From a virus (taxonomy: Duplodnaviria > Caudoviricetes), in the IMG/VR virus record IMGVR_UViG_3300005326_000096, positions 1 to 34,680 of that record: a stretch of 34,680 nt of DNA; one strand, given 5' to 3'. Below the pieces are notes generated by a model. The model saw only the letters and a program-made list of their open reading frames with translations. It ran no database searches and was not told where the DNA came from. Position numbers and translations under genes: made by a program. This document shows positions 32,282-34,680 of the stretch, one piece after another. The first letter of the stretch is position 1. Each line of letters starts with the position of its first letter.

Positions 32282-34680
32282 ATGAATATTAATGACGGAG
32301 AATTATTAGTAGAACTCCGAGCAGATATAAGTGGTTTAAGAACTAGTTTGAATCAAGCAAGTAGTATTTTACAAGGATTTAGTAGTTCTGTTAGCGGAAT
32401 GGAAAGACAAATACAAGCACAAACTACAATGATGGGAACATCATTTAGTGCTATGGCTAAAGCAATGACAGCCTCTTCTGCACAAATGACAGCAGATACA
32501 ACTAGAGTTATTTCGGCAATTGGAGGACTAACTAGTGCTTTTGCTTCTGCCCAATCAGGGGTTACTTCCTCAATTTCTGCTATGCAAGGAAGTGTTGGAA
32601 GACTTCCAACTACTTTAGCTGATGTTGCACGTAGAGTCTCTGGTTCTACAAGTGCTATTAATGCAGGATTTAAAGGACTAAGAAGTGATATTGCTATGCA
32701 GTCTGCCCAAATTAATAGTTCCCTAGGTTCTATTGGAACTCAAATGGATAGACTTGCAAGTAAGATGGTTAATGTTCGTACACAAATTACTCGTCAAGGA
32801 AATATGACTAGAGATGCTTTAAATCAAATTAACTCTTCTATTGCACAACAAACTCAAAGATTAGCAGATTCTATTAGATTAAATGGGAGAGGAATCTCGG
32901 AAAGTATTAGAGAAGGTATTAGAGAGATGGGTGGGTTTGGAAGTGCTACTCAAAATGCAAACAGACATGCTAATACCTTATTAGGAACTTTTAAACAGTT
33001 TGCAATTAATACTTATATTATACGTGCATTTATGGAGTTTCTTGCTAACTCACTATCTTCCCTAATAAGTCCAGGTTTGAAATTTTCCGCAGAAATTGAG
33101 CAAACTGGACTAGGAATGGCAGGAATTTTAACTTCAATGACTACAATTGAAGGAAAGGCTACTACATTTAATCAAGGATTAGCTATTTCTGGACAATTAA
33201 TGGAGAAAATTAAAGACGCGGCTCTTATTACCTCTATGACAACTGCTGAGATGTCTAAAGTGTTTATGACTGCTTTAGCACCAGGAATGAAGGCATTTGC
33301 CAAAGATACCTCAGAAGCAGGAAAAGGGATGTCAACTCTTGATAAAATTATGGATTTTACAGTAATTGCTTCTAACGCAGTACGCTCAATGGGGCTACCT
33401 GCACAGCAAGTAACTCAGGAAATTCGTTCTCTACTAGGTGGAGGAGCAGTAAGACCAGGTATTGACTACCTTGCTACTACTTTGGGATATACAACAGCGA
33501 CCTTGAAATCATTGCGAGAACAAGGAAAGCTTTATGGAGACTTAGTAGATAGAATGAAAGGATTTGACTTAGCGGCTAGAGCATACGCAGGGACTATGGA
33601 TGGATTAATGTCCAACCTTAGAGATGGATTTGAGCGTATCTCAGGAATGGGTTTTACAGCCTTATTTGAGAAATCAAAGAAGGAACTGAAAGACTTTACT
33701 GATAAGTACCTATTTACTGTTGAATATATAAAATCAGAAAGCGGAAAAATGACACCTAAAGCCATAGTAAACCAAGATACAATTCAATCTTTTAAAAAGT
33801 TTGGAGATTTTATTGTTCAAATGTGGGATACTGTTAAGGTTGTTATTTCCACAATTTCTCCTTATGTTATACAACTTGGAAAAGTAATTTATGAATCTTT
33901 AGTAGTCTCAATGAGAACAGTAACTAAAATGTTCTATGCTTTAGGAGGAAATAATAACTTTAATGTTATTACTACTGCGATTACTTTAGCAGGAAAAGCT
34001 TTAATGTTTATGGCGCAAAATTTAGACTTAATTATTATTTACCTAACTACTAGGGGAATGGTAAGTATGGTGCTTAATTTTACAACAGCATTATGGGGAG
34101 CAAACACAGCTACAAGTACATTAGCAAGCACTATTTGGACTAGATTAATTAGTGCTTTTACTGCGTGTACTGTTGGAATAAACCTATTTAAAAATGCTTT
34201 TATCGGAGCAAGAATAGCAGGAATGAGCTTAATTTCTTCTACTGTAGTTGGATTTAGAACATTATTTGCGGCTATTAATACTGTAACAGGAGCAGTAACC
34301 GTCCTAAAAGCAGCGTTTAGAAGTTTAGCAATTTCTACAGTATTTGGAGCAATTTTAGTTGCGGCAGGTTTTGCTTTAGAAAAAGCTTGGGAGATGTATG
34401 AAAATTCTCGTGAATTATCTCGCAGAGTTGATGAGCAAGCGGCAGACCAAGAGAGATATAAGGATAGAAGTCCTGCCGATTTAAAAAGAGATAGTGACGA
34501 GAAAGTCCAAAAAGATACTGTTGAAGTTGTACCACCTAATGCAGATTTAGGTTTAAGATATGGAAATGAGGAAAAGGAAGATAAGTCAAAATCTGCGGCT
34601 AATAAAGCTAGGAGCATTTATAAAGCACAAGAAGAGAAAGAAATAGCAGAAATTGAGGAAGCTAGAAAACAACAAATTGA
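32282..34680 (+). CDS. tail tape measure protein, runs off the window (absent from ORF track)
   Basis: ATG 32282 (MNINDGELLVELRADISGLRTSLNQA...); same frame open at the window end; Ala/Ser/Gly-rich helical sequence after the chaperones. Confidence 0.88.
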   Translation, partial: MNINDGELLVELRADISGLRTSLNQASSILQGFSSSVSGMERQIQAQTTMMGTSFSAMAKAMTASSAQMTADTTRVISAIGGLTSAFASAQSGVTSSISAMQGSVGRLPTTLADVARRVSGSTSAINAGFKGLRSDIAMQSAQINSSLGSIGTQMDRLASKMVNVRTQITRQGNMTRDALNQINSSIAQQTQRLADSIRLNGRGISESIREGIREMGGFGSATQNANRHANTLLGTFKQFAINTYIIRAFMEFLANSLSSLISPGLKFSAEIEQTGLGMAGILTSMTTIEGKATTFNQGLAISGQLMEKIKDAALITSMTTAEMSKVFMTALAPGMKAFAKDTSEAGKGMSTLDKIMDFTVIASNAVRSMGLPAQQVTQEIRSLLGGGAVRPGIDYLATTLGYTTATLKSLREQGKLYGDLVDRMKGFDLAARAYAGTMDGLMSNLRDGFERISGMGFTALFEKSKKELKDFTDKYLFTVEYIKSESGKMTPKAIVNQDTIQSFKKFGDFIVQMWDTVKVVISTISPYVIQLGKVIYESLVVSMRTVTKMFYALGGNNNFNVITTAITLAGKALMFMAQNLDLIIIYLTTRGMVSMVLNFTTALWGANTATSTLASTIWTRLISAFTACTVGINLFKNAFIGARIAGMSLISSTVVGFRTLFAAINTVTGAVTVLKAAFRSLAISTVFGAILVAAGFALEKAWEMYENSRELSRRVDEQAADQERYKDRSPADLKRDSDEKVQKDTVEVVPPNADLGLRYGNEEKEDKSKSAANKARSIYKAQEEKEIAEIEEARKQQI

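Noticed and set aside
33532-34617. Minus-strand ORFs near the window end, and other antisense ORFs throughout the window
   Set aside because: Shadows of plus-strand genes (here the tape measure gene); all promoters, RBSs and terminators found point to the + strand
1-34680. Genome-wide stop-codon reassignment suggested by the TGA at 7066
   Set aside because: TGA, TAG and TAA all terminate well-defined genes, and long conserved genes are intact under the standard bacterial code

Overview
AT-rich segment of a tailed dsDNA phage, probably a siphovirus of an anaerobic Firmicute (sigma-A-type promoters, AGGAGG ribosome-binding sites, class III RNR). All credible genes are on the + strand. Layout: (1) 1-12.7 kb: small hypothetical, Zn-finger and membrane microproteins, many promoters, and repeat-rich non-coding stretches including a Fur-box-like array. 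(2) 12.7-20.5 kb: nucleotide metabolism and repair genes (thyX, dut, nrdD, nrdG, dNMP kinase, ferredoxin:thioredoxin-reductase-like protein, DNA ligase, NUDIX hydrolase, Rnl2-type RNA ligase). (3) 20.5-23.1 kb: a single predicted transcription unit made of a ~1 kb structured non-coding RNA array followed by a Ro60/TROVE gene. (4) 23.2 kb to the end: terL, portal, scaffold, capsid, neck, tail tube, frameshifted tail chaperones and a truncated tape measure gene. The most striking element is the RNA array. It holds five copies of a covarying 'clamp' (GGUGCU...stem-UACAUC...stem), each enclosing a different cargo. Two cargoes are circularly permuted tRNAs, one of which reconstitutes a canonical-looking tRNA-Arg(UCU) when its ends are joined. 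The array also contains ten UACAU pentamers, the known target of Firmicute MazF toxins. All calls come from reading motifs by eye; no searches were run.
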